Assembly (NCBI GenBank): GCA_009786985.1
Contig: WRGW01000112.1
Coordinates: 2,330 to 66,329 of the forward strand
DNA: 64,000 nucleotides
DNA from: Oscillospiraceae bacterium
Lineage (GTDB): Bacteria > Bacillota > Clostridia > Oscillospirales > Ruminococcaceae
Direction: 5' to 3'
The notes under the pieces were generated by a model. It had not been told where the DNA came from and did no database searches. It saw only the letters and a list, made by a program, of their open reading frames with translations. Position 1 is the stretch's first letter. Each line of letters begins with the position of its first letter. The position numbers were made by a program, and so were the translations under genes. Of the stretch, positions 39,647 through 50,505 are shown piece after piece.

Positions 39647-42310
39647 ATGATTCAATTTAATGACTTTACTGAAAAAGCCAACATCGCATTAAATCAAGCA
39701 GTTAAATCTGCTGAAAACCTCGGGCATATTTATATAGGGAGCGAACATATCTTATGTGGATTGCTTAGCGAAAATGAAGGCAATGCTGATGATTCTGACA
39801 ATCAAAACACTAAAAATTTCAGCATGGCAAAAAAAGCATTAGCTAAGCACAAAATTGAAAAAGATGCTCTTGTAGCAAAAATAGAAGAAGTGGTGGGGCG
39901 AGGAATCCCCACTAAGCTAACTTCGGGTGACTTTACTCCACGAAGCAAACGCATTCTCGAAGCGGCACTCTTTGAGGCAAAATCATCACCGATTGCTGGT
40001 GCGTTAGCGAGTTCAAATTCACACGTACTAATAGGAACCGAACATCTATTGCGTGCGTTAATCAAAGACCATGATTGTTACGCTGCCCAGATTATACGTG
40101 AATTTGGCGTAAATCTTACCGAGCTTTTGAACGATTGTCCAGTCATCAACGCTGAACATTATTCTGACAAGCATGGCGGTTACAGAAGGGGTTCTAATCA
40201 CAACAGTTTTGGTGATGATGACCTGCTTAGTGATATAGGTTATGGAAGTGGTTCATCAAAATCCACATCAAGAAGTTTGAATTCAGGGAGTGGTTCTGGA
40301 ACAGGAACAGTTACTAAAAAGCAAAAAAACTCTGCTTTGTACAAATACTGTCGCGACCTTACCGAAATGGCAAGGCAGAATAAAATCGACCCTGTTGTGA
40401 GCCGTGATGACGAAATCGAACGTGTAATTCAATCTCTCATGCGTCGTCGCAAAAATAATCCTTGCTTAGTCGGCGAAAGCGGTGTCGGTAAAACTGCAGT
40501 AGCTGAAGGATTAGCACTCAAAATCGCATTAGGGAACGCCCCGAAACTGCTCAAACACAAGCGAATTTTAATGCTTGACCTTTCGTCAATGCTCGCAGGT
40601 GCAAAATATCGTGGTGATTTTGAGGAGCGAATTAAATCCGCACTCGACGAAACGATTAAAGACGGAAATGTCATACTCTTTATAGATGAACTACACTCGA
40701 TTATAGGAGCAGGTGCGGCAGAAGGTGCAATCGATGCCGCAAATATTTTGAAGCCAATGTTAGCGCGAGGAGAAATTCAGCTAATTGGTGCTACCACTAA
40801 CGAAGAATATCGCAGATTTATAGAAAAAGATTCGGCTTTAGAAAGGCGGTTTCAACCTATTACAATTGAAGAACCAGATGAAGCTACAGCGATTTGTATT
40901 CTGGAAGGACTTAGGGATAAGTATGAAGTTCATCACGATGTGAAAATATGTGACTGTGCAATCAAAGCGGCGGTTGAACTTTCATCGCGTTATATTAGTG
41001 ACCGTTTCCTCCCAGATAAAGCCATAGATTTAATCGATGAGGCGGCATCACTAATGCGACTTAGAATGTTTACTACACCTCCAGAACTTCGCCAAGTAGA
41101 AGAAAAATTAAAGCGGGTTACTGGAGAAAAAATCGCCGCAATCAATACACAAAATTTTGAGACAGCGGCATCACTTCGCGATAAAGAACGTGAATTAAAA
41201 GCAGAATTACAAAGCTTTAAATCTAATGAAAATCCCGAAGTTTTGAGTAGAGAACTCACCGCCGATTCAATCGCAGAACTTGTAGCAAAGCAAACAGGAA
41301 TTCCAGTAAATCGAATCACTTTTGATGAGGCAACAAAAGTTGGCGTTCTTGAAGACAATTTGCGAAAACAAGTCATTGGGCAAGATAAGGCAATTACGGT
41401 GCTGTCACAAGCGATTAAACGTAGCAGAGTTGGATTTTCTAACCCTGAACGCCCAATCGGAACATTTATTTTCTTAGGTCCTACTGGTGTGGGAAAAACC
41501 GAACTTAGTAAAGTACTCGCCAAAGAGCTTTTTGGCTCATCGTCAGCGTTAATCAGGCTTGATATGTCGGAATTTATGGAGAAACATTCAATCTCAAAGC
41601 TAATAGGTTCACCACCAGGATACGTGGGTTATGATGACGGGGGGAAGCTCACCGAAAAAATTCGCCGTAAACCATATTCAGTGATTTTGTTTGACGAAAT
41701 CGAAAAAGCTCACCCTGATGTATACAATATCTTCTTGCAGATTATGGAAGATGGGGTTTTGACTTCTTCAGATGGGCGTAAAGTTTCTTTCAAGAATTGT
41801 GTTTTGATTATGACATCAAATGTTGGTGCATCTATGATTACTGATGAACGCACACAAATCGGATTTAGTGCGGATGTGCTAACCGCTGATGCTGAATCTA
41901 ACGCTGTGAATAAAAGAGTTATGAACGAACTCAAAAAAGCATTCAAACCTGAATTTGTTAATCGATTAGATGACATAATCGTATTTGAAAAGCTATCACA
42001 CAATTCAATATCCAATATTTGTAGATTGTTGTTGTCTGAAGTTGTCGAACGTGCAAAATCCCTCGAAATTTCGCTTAGTTTTTCAGACGAAGTCATAGAT
42101 AACCTTTCGCAAAAAGGCTATGACAAAGAATATGGTGCAAGACCGCTCAGGCGATTGATTACCGCAAAAATTGAGAACCCATTATCCGAAAAGCTGTTGT
42201 CTAACGAAATTGTTAGTGGTGATGATGTTGTAATCAAATTAAGAACAAATGTAGAAAATGGAGAATTTGAAATATGCAGCAAACGCCTTTCCCAATTGAA
42301 GAAGTGTTAG
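39647..42310 (+). CDS. clpC: ATP-dependent Clp protease ATPase
   Basis: Clp N-repeats, GESGVGKT, UVR region, GPTGVGKT, LIGSPPGYVG, GARPLRR. Confidence 0.93.
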   Translation: MIQFNDFTEKANIALNQAVKSAENLGHIYIGSEHILCGLLSENEGNADDSDNQNTKNFSMAKKALAKHKIEKDALVAKIEEVVGRGIPTKLTSGDFTPRSKRILEAALFEAKSSPIAGALASSNSHVLIGTEHLLRALIKDHDCYAAQIIREFGVNLTELLNDCPVINAEHYSDKHGGYRRGSNHNSFGDDDLLSDIGYGSGSSKSTSRSLNSGSGSGTGTVTKKQKNSALYKYCRDLTEMARQNKIDPVVSRDDEIERVIQSLMRRRKNNPCLVGESGVGKTAVAEGLALKIALGNAPKLLKHKRILMLDLSSMLAGAKYRGDFEERIKSALDETIKDGNVILFIDELHSIIGAGAAEGAIDAANILKPMLARGEIQLIGATTNEEYRRFIEKDSALERRFQPITIEEPDEATAICILEGLRDKYEVHHDVKICDCAIKAAVELSSRYISDRFLPDKAIDLIDEAASLMRLRMFTTPPELRQVEEKLKRVTGEKIAAINTQNFETAASLRDKERELKAELQSFKSNENPEVLSRELTADSIAELVAKQTGIPVNRITFDEATKVGVLEDNLRKQVIGQDKAITVLSQAIKRSRVGFSNPERPIGTFIFLGPTGVGKTELSKVLAKELFGSSSALIRLDMSEFMEKHSISKLIGSPPGYVGYDDGGKLTEKIRRKPYSVILFDEIEKAHPDVYNIFLQIMEDGVLTSSDGRKVSFKNCVLIMTSNVGASMITDERTQIGFSADVLTADAESNAVNKRVMNELKKAFKPEFVNRLDDIIVFEKLSHNSISNICRLLLSEVVERAKSLEISLSFSDEVIDNLSQKGYDKEYGARPLRRLITAKIENPLSEKLLSNEIVSGDDVVIKLRTNVENGEFEICSKRLSQLKKC

Positions 42311-42726
42311 AACACTTTCGGCGAAAGTATGCCGAAAACGCCGAGTATGCAGAAAAATCAGAGAACAATGAAAAAAACTCCAAAACCCACGAAAATCCAA
42401 AACTACCAGCAGTTTCTGAAACGTTTGACATTTTGGAGACTGTTGGAGATATTGGTGTTCGTACAAACACACTAAATGATATTCAAGGCGAAAAAATGCC
42501 GACTTTTACCGATGATGCCTTTCTTTCAAAGAAAGAAAGGCGTGTTTTTTCCCGCAAATCTCGAAACACTCGTAATAGCAGAAATTTCAGTTTTGTAAAA
42601 ATACTTTGTATTCAAGCGATATTAGCTGTGGCGATTGTATTTTCGGTGACAATTGTAAGATTCATCGAACCAGAGCTGTATGAACAAATTCAAGAATTAT
42701 TACAAGCAATGCTCATTAGAGCTTGA
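42274..42726 (+). CDS. Hypothetical protein with C-terminal TM
   Basis: 150-aa ORF overlapping the clpC end; one hydrophobic segment; start uncertain. Confidence 0.5.
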   Translation: MQQTPFPIEEVLEHFRRKYAENAEYAEKSENNEKNSKTHENPKLPAVSETFDILETVGDIGVRTNTLNDIQGEKMPTFTDDAFLSKKERRVFSRKSRNTRNSRNFSFVKILCIQAILAVAIVFSVTIVRFIEPELYEQIQELLQAMLIRA

Positions 42727-42751
42727 CTTCTTTGTAAAATTGTGATATAGT
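42723..42751 (+). promoter_or_regulatory. SigA-type promoter upstream of uppP
   Basis: TTGACT-17 nt-TATAGT. Confidence 0.6.
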
Positions 42752-42757
42752 AGTAAT

Positions 42758-42917
42758 AGACCTCCACGGAAACTAACTGCGTGTGGACTTGAACGCTAAT
42801 TTTTTGCTATACAAGGCAATTTTGAGGCGAATATCTGAGGATATTTAACGAAAAATTAACGCAGTAAGGTGGAAAATTAGCCGAAAAGCCGCTGTGCGTT
42901 AGTTTCTGGGGAGGTCT
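42758..42917. mobile_element. MITE-like element (160 bp) in the uppP leader
   Basis: TIRs AGACCTCCACGGAAACTAAC / GTTAGTTTCTGGGGAGGTCT (18/20), flanked by AAT on both sides; core homologous to the 14487 element. Confidence 0.75.
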
Positions 42918-42947
42918 AATGTATCAATTATATATAGGAGATAAACA

Positions 42948-43820
42948 ATGGAGTACATAACAATTTTAATCCAAGCGATTGTTCAAGGACTTACTGAATT
43001 TATTCCAGTTTCCAGTTCAGGTCACTTGTCGGTTGCACAACATTTTATGAGTATTGAAGACCATGGGCTGACGATATCAATAGTTCTTCATGCAGGAACG
43101 CTTGTTTCTATATTTATAGCTTTTAGACAGGCGGTATATGGAATTATTCGTGAGTTTTTTTTATCTATAGTTGATATTTTTACTCTAAAATTCTCATGGT
43201 CTGATATGAACGATGATAGACGAATGCTGTTTATGGTGATTATAGGAACTGCTTGTTTAATACCTGCTTCATTCTTTTCAAGTTTTTTTACAGCACCGAT
43301 TGGTGATGGCGACATTATTTTTGAAGGTGTGGCGTTTACATTCACGGCGATGTTATTGTTTTTAGCTGACACTTGTGTTAAAGGCATAAAACAAGGTAGC
43401 GATATGCGTGTTAAAGATGCGTTGTTAGTCGGTTTTTTTCAAGTGGTTGCACTTTTCCCTGGTATATCGCGTTCGGGTTCGACCATAAGTGTGGGGCTGT
43501 TTAGAGGGCTTTCGCGAAAGACAGCGGTGACATTCTCGTTCCTACTCGGAATCCCCGCAATCGCTGGAGGGACTTTGCTTGAGGGCATCGAATTAGCACA
43601 AGCTTACCGTGATGGCGTTTCCGATTCGCTCAACTGGGGAGCTTTAACACTCGGATTCTTTGTTGCGATGATTGTGGGGTTGATGGCAATAAAATTAGTG
43701 AAATATGTGGTAAAGAAAGAAAAATTTAAAATCTTTGCGATTTATGTAATGACGCTTGGTATACTCTGTGTTATCTGGGGCGTATTTGAAAACATTACTG
43801 GAATTACTGTGAGATTATAA
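42948..43820 (+). CDS. uppP: Undecaprenyl-diphosphatase
   Basis: QGLTEFIPVSSSGHL, PGISRSGST, FSFLLGIPA. Confidence 0.95.
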   Translation: MEYITILIQAIVQGLTEFIPVSSSGHLSVAQHFMSIEDHGLTISIVLHAGTLVSIFIAFRQAVYGIIREFFLSIVDIFTLKFSWSDMNDDRRMLFMVIIGTACLIPASFFSSFFTAPIGDGDIIFEGVAFTFTAMLLFLADTCVKGIKQGSDMRVKDALLVGFFQVVALFPGISRSGSTISVGLFRGLSRKTAVTFSFLLGIPAIAGGTLLEGIELAQAYRDGVSDSLNWGALTLGFFVAMIVGLMAIKLVKYVVKKEKFKIFAIYVMTLGILCVIWGVFENITGITVRL

Positions 43821-43838
43821 AAATTAGGAAGAGCAAAA

Positions 43839-46592
43839 ATGGCAGAACGTAAAAAAACTAATTCAAAAACGGCAGAAAAAGCTCGCCGTGATTTAGAAAA
43901 AGAACAGGCAATCAAACGAAACCAAAGAAAACGCCACATTTATTCGGTGCTACTGTTTGTCATCGGGTTGTTAGTGATGGCGTTTTCGGTCGTTTCTCTT
44001 AGCGACACTGGTCCCGCTTGGTACGCTATTCATAGATTTTTGCGAGGAGTTTTTGGACTATCGGTTTTTGTGATTGGTCCTGTTTTGATTTATGCGTCAG
44101 TCATGTTAGCGAAAACTGTTCATAAATCGGCATTAGTGGTTAAGATGCTCCAATTGACTGTGATGATTCTTTTAGCAAGCGGTGCTGTACAGGTGATTGC
44201 GGTGGGAGAAGTCGTTGGAATCGGCGAAATGTACCGTGCTGGACAAGAGCTTTCTGGTGGTGGTGTTGTCGGAATGATTCTCGGTTTCCCGCTAAGCCTG
44301 TTTGGTCGAGTTGGGGGGAGCATTATTGTACTCCTAATCCTTTTTGTATTTATTATGCTTATGGGAAATATCACTGTAGATGCGTTTTTGAAACTGGTTG
44401 TAAAGCCTTTTAAAAAAGCTCACTCTTTCGCAAAACAACAGCACGCACTACATAAACAAGAAGCTGAATATTTAGCCGAAGCAAGAGAAGAAACTGCCAA
44501 ACAAGCTGAAACTGATATGGCATACGCAAAAATGAAAGCGGCGGAGCAAAAAATCGAGGAAGAAATCGGTGGCAAAGCTAAGCTCGGCGAAATAGAAGCA
44601 GTGATTGAATCTGACGTTTCTGACGTGCCAGAAGTTCCAAACAAATCTGATGTAACAAATGAATCGGAGTCTGATGCTATAGATGAATCAGACATAATCA
44701 CTGATTCAAAAACGCTGGACTTACCTACACCTCCTGTGTATATCGCACCTGACGAAAATTCAGATGAACCACCATTCGACATAGAATCAGTCGATAATCC
44801 TGCTGTTGTTGCACTTGATGAACTTCAAAAGCAAGAAGGGCTCGAAAGTACTGAAAAAGAACAGCTGGAAAGCTCGGTTATAGCTAGCGTATCTGGAACT
44901 GCGACTGACTCAGAAGTTGGCAGTGTCACCGAAACATCAGATGATATAGAAAGTAAACCCAAATCAGATTTTGAACGACTAAACGCATTGGCAGCTTTTG
45001 CGGCACATCAACAACTTTATTCGCTACCAGGGGTCGATTTACTTGACGAAGTTGTTAAAAAACGCACTGAATCGGATGTCGAGTCCGAACTTGAAGCTAA
45101 TTCGATTAAGTTAGTTGAAACGCTAAAGAGCTTTGGGGTTTTGACTAAGATTGTTGGAGTAGTCCGTGGTCCGTCTGTAACTCGATATGAAATTCAACCA
45201 GCACCCGGTGTAAAAATCTCTAAGATTACCAATCTCACTGACGACATCGCACTAAATTTAGCGGCGGCGGGTGTACGAATGGAAGCACCTATACCAGGGA
45301 AATCGGCGGTTGGAGTAGAAGTCCCTAACACTATTCGTGATATGGTGGCTTTTCGTGAACTAATCGATTCTGACGAGTTTCGTAAAGCTGGTGAGAGTTC
45401 AGGTAATGGTGATGACGGCAAGCTTGCTACAGTAATCGGGCGAGATATTACGGGCGAAATCATTATTTCCGATATAGCAAAAATGCCACATATCTTGATT
45501 GCGGGGACAACTGGTTCTGGTAAATCAGTTTGTGTAAACTCGATTATTATGAGTATTCTTTACAGAGCGACACCCGACGAAGTCCGTCTGATGATGATTG
45601 ACCCTAAGATGGTGGAGTTTGCTATTTATAGCGGAATCCCTCATTTATTAACACCAGTAGTCACCGACCCTAAAAAAGCCGCAGGTGCATTGGGTTGGGC
45701 GGTTAATGAGATGACACGGCGGTATTCATTATTCGCTGAAAATAACGTGCGTAATATAGGGGAGTTTAATCAAAAAGTCAAGAACACGAAGTCTGACGTG
45801 GCGTTTACTGATACTAAGCGTGGCGATATTTCAGATGAAGACCTTTTACTAAATGAAGAACAAAAACCCGAACTTGAGTTCATGGCAAAAATCATAATTT
45901 TTATCGATGAGCTTGCCGACCTTATGATGACTGCTGCTAAAGAAGTTGAGGGCAATATATGCAGATTAGCACAACTTGCAAGAGCAGCGGGAATCCATCT
46001 TGTAATCGCAACCCAACGCCCTACCACTAATGTCGTGACTGGGCTAATCAAAGCAAATATTCCGAGCAGAATAGGGCTGAAAGTTGCATCACAAGTTGAC
46101 TCACGCGTTATTTTCGATACAGCAGGTGCCGAAAAGCTACTTGGTAATGGTGATATGCTTTACGCCCCTACTGGTAGCCCTAAACCTATTCGAGTTCAGG
46201 GGTGCTGGGTTGCAAATGAAGAAATCAACCGAGTTGTAAAGTTCGTTAAAGATAATTTTGACTTTAGTTACGACACTGATGTAATTGAAGAAATCGAACG
46301 CCATACAGCGGCACTCGATGAAAAAGACAGCAAAGGTGGCGACGCAATCGAGGAGTTTGAGATGAGCGACGATAAGTTGGAAGACGCAATCGAAGCAGTA
46401 ATTGACGCTGGAAAAGCTTCGACTTCTTACTTACAGCTCAAGCTAAAATTAGGATACGGGAGAGCTGCTCGTATTATGGATATTATGGAACGAATGGGGG
46501 TAATCGGGAAATCAACTGGTGCAAGTAAACCGCGTGAAGTTTTGATGACTCGTCAAGACTGGTTGGAGAGGAAGTTGCATCAGAATGAATGA
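43839..46592 (+). CDS. ftsK: DNA translocase FtsK/SpoIIIE
   Basis: N-terminal TMs, GPSVTRYE, AGTTGSGKS, MIDPK, ATQRP, GAEKLLG.GDML, gamma domain. Confidence 0.95.
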   Translation: MAERKKTNSKTAEKARRDLEKEQAIKRNQRKRHIYSVLLFVIGLLVMAFSVVSLSDTGPAWYAIHRFLRGVFGLSVFVIGPVLIYASVMLAKTVHKSALVVKMLQLTVMILLASGAVQVIAVGEVVGIGEMYRAGQELSGGGVVGMILGFPLSLFGRVGGSIIVLLILFVFIMLMGNITVDAFLKLVVKPFKKAHSFAKQQHALHKQEAEYLAEAREETAKQAETDMAYAKMKAAEQKIEEEIGGKAKLGEIEAVIESDVSDVPEVPNKSDVTNESESDAIDESDIITDSKTLDLPTPPVYIAPDENSDEPPFDIESVDNPAVVALDELQKQEGLESTEKEQLESSVIASVSGTATDSEVGSVTETSDDIESKPKSDFERLNALAAFAAHQQLYSLPGVDLLDEVVKKRTESDVESELEANSIKLVETLKSFGVLTKIVGVVRGPSVTRYEIQPAPGVKISKITNLTDDIALNLAAAGVRMEAPIPGKSAVGVEVPNTIRDMVAFRELIDSDEFRKAGESSGNGDDGKLATVIGRDITGEIIISDIAKMPHILIAGTTGSGKSVCVNSIIMSILYRATPDEVRLMMIDPKMVEFAIYSGIPHLLTPVVTDPKKAAGALGWAVNEMTRRYSLFAENNVRNIGEFNQKVKNTKSDVAFTDTKRGDISDEDLLLNEEQKPELEFMAKIIIFIDELADLMMTAAKEVEGNICRLAQLARAAGIHLVIATQRPTTNVVTGLIKANIPSRIGLKVASQVDSRVIFDTAGAEKLLGNGDMLYAPTGSPKPIRVQGCWVANEEINRVVKFVKDNFDFSYDTDVIEEIERHTAALDEKDSKGGDAIEEFEMSDDKLEDAIEAVIDAGKASTSYLQLKLKLGYGRAARIMDIMERMGVIGKSTGASKPREVLMTRQDWLERKLHQNE

Positions 46593-48495
46593 GCAGTATA
46601 AAGGTTTCCTGCCGATTAGCCAAAGAGAACTTGAAATAGGCGAACAGCTTGATTTTATTTGCGTCACTGGTGACGCTTATGTAGATCACCCGTCTTTCGG
46701 AATAGCGATTGTATCACGACTTTTACAGAGCCGTGGCTTTAGCGTTGGTATAATCGCACAGCCAGTCAGCGATTCGGCGTTTTCGGAGTTTGGAGAACCG
46801 CGTTATGCTTTTATGGTGAGTGGTGGCAATATAGATTCAATGGTAGCAAACTACACCGTGTCTGGCAAGAAACGCCATAAAGATGATTATAGTGCTGGCG
46901 GTGTCGGCGGAAAACGTCCTGATTATGCTGTAAAAACGTATTGTAAAACAATCAAACGCCTTTTTCCGAACGTTGGAATAATTATAGGAGGGCTTGAAGC
47001 ATCGTTACGACGATTCGCACACTATGATTTCTGGAGCGACAAAGTCCTCCCTTCTTTGTTGATTTCAAGCGGTGCAGATTTGCTGATTTACGGCATGGCA
47101 GAACTCACGTTAGTTCAACTTTGTGACAAATTGCATAACGGCGATTCTTTGCGAAATATTACAGATTTACTCGGAACGTGTTATACAGCTTCTCCAGATA
47201 AAATGATAGAATTGCAAGGTAGAGAGGCTAAGGAAAATTTTAAAGGAATCCGCCAGTGTGACAGTTTTGAACTGGTTTCGACTAATAAGACTTGTTATGC
47301 CAAATCAGCGGTGATTCAGCATGAAGAGCAGGATGAAGTTAGCGGGCGAATGATTGTTCAAAGACATGGCGAAGTCATGCTGGTACAAAACCCTCCACAA
47401 CGTAGCCTTGCCGAGAGTGAACTCAGTCAGATTTACGAACTACCATTTATGCGAAAACCCCACCCCATCTATAAACCAGTTGGTGGTGTTCCTGCGATTA
47501 GAGAAGTCGAGTTTTCGCTTACTTGGAATCGGGGTTGTTTTGGTGGATGCAATTTTTGTTCGATTGCTTTACATCAAGGGCAAAAAGTCCAGTCACGTAG
47601 CGAAAGTTCGGTTTTAGCTGAAGCCGAAAAATTTCTTGAAAATCGTGATTTTAAGGGTTACATACACGATGTCGGCGGTCCGACTGCAAACTTTTCTTCC
47701 TCTGCTTGCAAAAAACAGAGCCAACAAGGTGCGTGCAAGCGAAAATGCTTAGTACCTACACCTTGTCCTAATCTAAAAATCACGCACGAAAAATATCTAC
47801 AGCTTTTGCGAAAACTCCGTAAAATCGACGGTGTTAAAAAAGTGTTTATTCGCTCTGGAATCCGCTATGATTACCTGCTCGCCGACCAAAGCAAAGCTGG
47901 GCGGGAATTTTTTCGCGAATTAGTGGTAGAGCATACATCAGGTCAACTAAAAGTCGCACCAGAGCATTGCAAATCTGGCGTACTTGATATGATGGGTAAG
48001 CCAAAAATTTCAGTGTTCGAGAAGTTTTGTAATGAATTTAACACAATTACTAAACGTGCGGGAAAAGAACAGTATCTTGTTCCGTACCTAATGTCGTCTC
48101 ATCCAGGGGCAACTCTTGATGATGCGTTGGACTTAGCGGTATGGCTAAAAAAACGCAAAATTCGCCCTGAACAAGTGCAGGACTTTTATCCAACACCGGG
48201 GACGATTTCTACCGCAATGTATTACACAGGGTTAAATCCGTATACTCTCGAAAAGATTTATGTCGCAAAATCTCAACAGCAGAGAGCCACTCAACGAGCA
48301 TTATTACAATACTACAAGCACGAAAACAGAGCGTTATTTGAAAAGCTGTTGGCACAGCGTGAAAAACGCAATAGTTCTAACAATAACAAAAGAGGTAAAA
48401 TCAATGCCAATAAATTCAAACAGAGCAGCCCAAAAAATAATTCGAGCCAAAACCAGAATGCCCAGAAATTCAAGAAGACGCGGAAAAAGAAATAG
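46585..48495 (+). CDS. YgiQ family radical SAM protein
   Basis: GDAYVDHPSFG, RGCFGGCNFCSI, HDVGGPTAN, QVQDFYPTP. Confidence 0.92.
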   Translation: MNEQYKGFLPISQRELEIGEQLDFICVTGDAYVDHPSFGIAIVSRLLQSRGFSVGIIAQPVSDSAFSEFGEPRYAFMVSGGNIDSMVANYTVSGKKRHKDDYSAGGVGGKRPDYAVKTYCKTIKRLFPNVGIIIGGLEASLRRFAHYDFWSDKVLPSLLISSGADLLIYGMAELTLVQLCDKLHNGDSLRNITDLLGTCYTASPDKMIELQGREAKENFKGIRQCDSFELVSTNKTCYAKSAVIQHEEQDEVSGRMIVQRHGEVMLVQNPPQRSLAESELSQIYELPFMRKPHPIYKPVGGVPAIREVEFSLTWNRGCFGGCNFCSIALHQGQKVQSRSESSVLAEAEKFLENRDFKGYIHDVGGPTANFSSSACKKQSQQGACKRKCLVPTPCPNLKITHEKYLQLLRKLRKIDGVKKVFIRSGIRYDYLLADQSKAGREFFRELVVEHTSGQLKVAPEHCKSGVLDMMGKPKISVFEKFCNEFNTITKRAGKEQYLVPYLMSSHPGATLDDALDLAVWLKKRKIRPEQVQDFYPTPGTISTAMYYTGLNPYTLEKIYVAKSQQQRATQRALLQYYKHENRALFEKLLAQREKRNSSNNNKRGKINANKFKQSSPKNNSSQNQNAQKFKKTRKKK

Positions 48496-49423
48496 AAGTG
48501 GCGGAGTTATGCTCTTGCTTATAATCATAATTGGAATTGCTGTCCTTATAAATCATTATGGTTGGGAACGTATTACTGACTTTCTAGGTCTTAGCGAGAA
48601 CACACCACCAGCACCTCCACCTGCCGAAGGAGCAGTTCAGGTTCATTTTATTGATGTAGGTCAAGGTAGTGCAACACTAATTATTTCGGAAGAGAGGAGT
48701 GTTTTAATCGACACGGGTGACAGGCGGTACTACAGCCGACTAATCGGGTATATCAGACGTATGGGAATCGAACGGCTTTGCTTGATTATTACTACTCATC
48801 CTCATGCTGACCATATCGGTGGAGTTGATAGAGTGATTAGCCGAATCGGCACAGACAGGCTTATGAAACCACAAATCGCCGAGCAATTTCGACCGACTAC
48901 CGCTACCTATGGGCGTAAACTCGATGCTGTAGAACGGTATGGCGTTCCAGTGGTTTACTCAACAGTCGGTTATGTATTCTGGCTTAGTGATAGTGCGTTT
49001 ATTGAAATTCTTGCTCCGTATGATTGTTTTGGTAATAACGTCAACAATCATTCGATTATTGCAAGGTTGGTTCATGGTGACAACTCATTTTTATTTACTG
49101 GCGATGTTGAACGTGATGGCGAAGATTGTCTAATTTATCGGCGTGTGAATTTGTCGGCGAACGTCCTCAAAGTTTCACATCACGGTAGCAGAACTTCGAG
49201 CCAACGAGCTTTTCTTGAAGCAGTCACACAAAATATTTTTCCCTACAATGATTTATATGCGGTGATTAGTGTTGGTTCGCCCAACCGCTACAATCACCCT
49301 ACTGACGAGGTTTTGAACAGACTAGATGTGATGGGGTTTGATATTCTTAGAACCGATACACATGGTCATATAGTTTTTACGAGTACTGTTGATGGGGTGG
49401 AATTGGTGTATAGTGATGAGTAA
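48404..49423 (+). CDS. ComEC/Rec2-like metallo-beta-lactamase, membrane anchored
   Basis: FIDVGQG, THPHADHIGG, FTGD, KVSHHGS, YNHP. Confidence 0.88.
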   Translation: MPINSNRAAQKIIRAKTRMPRNSRRRGKRNRSGGVMLLLIIIIGIAVLINHYGWERITDFLGLSENTPPAPPPAEGAVQVHFIDVGQGSATLIISEERSVLIDTGDRRYYSRLIGYIRRMGIERLCLIITTHPHADHIGGVDRVISRIGTDRLMKPQIAEQFRPTTATYGRKLDAVERYGVPVVYSTVGYVFWLSDSAFIEILAPYDCFGNNVNNHSIIARLVHGDNSFLFTGDVERDGEDCLIYRRVNLSANVLKVSHHGSRTSSQRAFLEAVTQNIFPYNDLYAVISVGSPNRYNHPTDEVLNRLDVMGFDILRTDTHGHIVFTSTVDGVELVYSDE

Positions 49424-49443
49424 AGGTCTTGCAGAGAATCCTC

Positions 49444-49472
49444 TTGACATTTGACTTCAAATGATGTATAAT
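49444..49472 (+). promoter_or_regulatory. SigA-type promoter of yicC
   Basis: TTGACA-17 nt-TATAAT with TG extension. Confidence 0.8.
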
Positions 49473-49504
49473 GTAAGAGAATCTAAGAGGTGGGAGGAAA
49501 AACT

Positions 49505-50383
49505 ATGGCAATCAGTAGTATGACCGGATTCGGACGGGAACAATGTGTATTAAACGGCAGGGAAATCACAGTAGAAATTCGTGCGGTGAATCATCGTTTT
49601 CATGAGTTTACGGCAAGAATCCCGCGACAATACAGCAAACTTGAAGAGCTGATTAAATCTAAAATTTCCACAAAAGTCAAACGCGGAAAAGTAGAGGTAA
49701 GTGTCATAATTCACAATATCGAAGGGCGTGAAGCGACTGTTATTCTTAACAAAGAACTTGTGAATGCCTATTTATCCGAATTGCGTTTGGCACAAAGTGA
49801 ACTTGGGCTTTTAAGTGATTTTAATTTTTCGGATGTGTTCAAAATCCCTGATGCGTTTAATGTCATTAAAAAAGAAGTTGATGAAGACGAAATATCAAAA
49901 GATGTCGGCGAAGTTCTAGATGTAGCCCTGAGCAATTTCTTGTCTATGCGTAAAAACGAGGGTGCGAAAATGCAGGCAGATATTCAATCAAAATTGGCTA
50001 AAATTTCGGTAGCAACAAACCAAATCGACAAAGCTGTCCCGCAAATCGCAGAAAAACATCGACAGAAACTTACAGCAAAAATCACCGAATTTGTAGGTTC
50101 AGGTGTAGATGAACAAAGAATTATACTTGAAGCGGCAATTTTTGCCGAAAAATCCGCCGTTGATGAAGAGATTGTTAGGTTAAAAAGTCACATCTCACAA
50201 GTTCGGGAAATCTTAGAAAATGAAGATGTAGTAGGTAGAAAACTGGATTTTATCGTTCAAGAAATAAACCGTGAAATCAATACAATAGGCTCAAAATCGC
50301 ATGAAGTTGACATTACACGTATAGTAGTTGACTTAAAAAGCGAACTCGAAAAAATCAGAGAACAGATTCAAAACATTGAGTAA
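49505..50383 (+). CDS. yicC: YicC/YloC family endoribonuclease
   Basis: SMTGFGR, EIRAVNHRF, EEIVRL.SH, GRKLDF..QE.NRE.NTIGSK, REQIQNIE. Confidence 0.93.
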   Translation: MAISSMTGFGREQCVLNGREITVEIRAVNHRFHEFTARIPRQYSKLEELIKSKISTKVKRGKVEVSVIIHNIEGREATVILNKELVNAYLSELRLAQSELGLLSDFNFSDVFKIPDAFNVIKKEVDEDEISKDVGEVLDVALSNFLSMRKNEGAKMQADIQSKLAKISVATNQIDKAVPQIAEKHRQKLTAKITEFVGSGVDEQRIILEAAIFAEKSAVDEEIVRLKSHISQVREILENEDVVGRKLDFIVQEINREINTIGSKSHEVDITRIVVDLKSELEKIREQIQNIE

Positions 50384-50460
50384 AAGCTGTCTCTAAAAAT
50401 ACAAATTAGAGTGTAAATTCAAATTTTTATTTAAAAAAACAAAAAAAATCCCATAAACGC

Positions 50461-50489
50461 TTGACAAATCGTTTGAAATAGTTTATAAT
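50461..50489 (+). promoter_or_regulatory. SigA-type promoter of the rpmH operon
   Basis: TTGACA-17 nt-TATAAT. Confidence 0.85.
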
Positions 50490-50505
50490 TTATTAGTTAG
50501 TGAAT

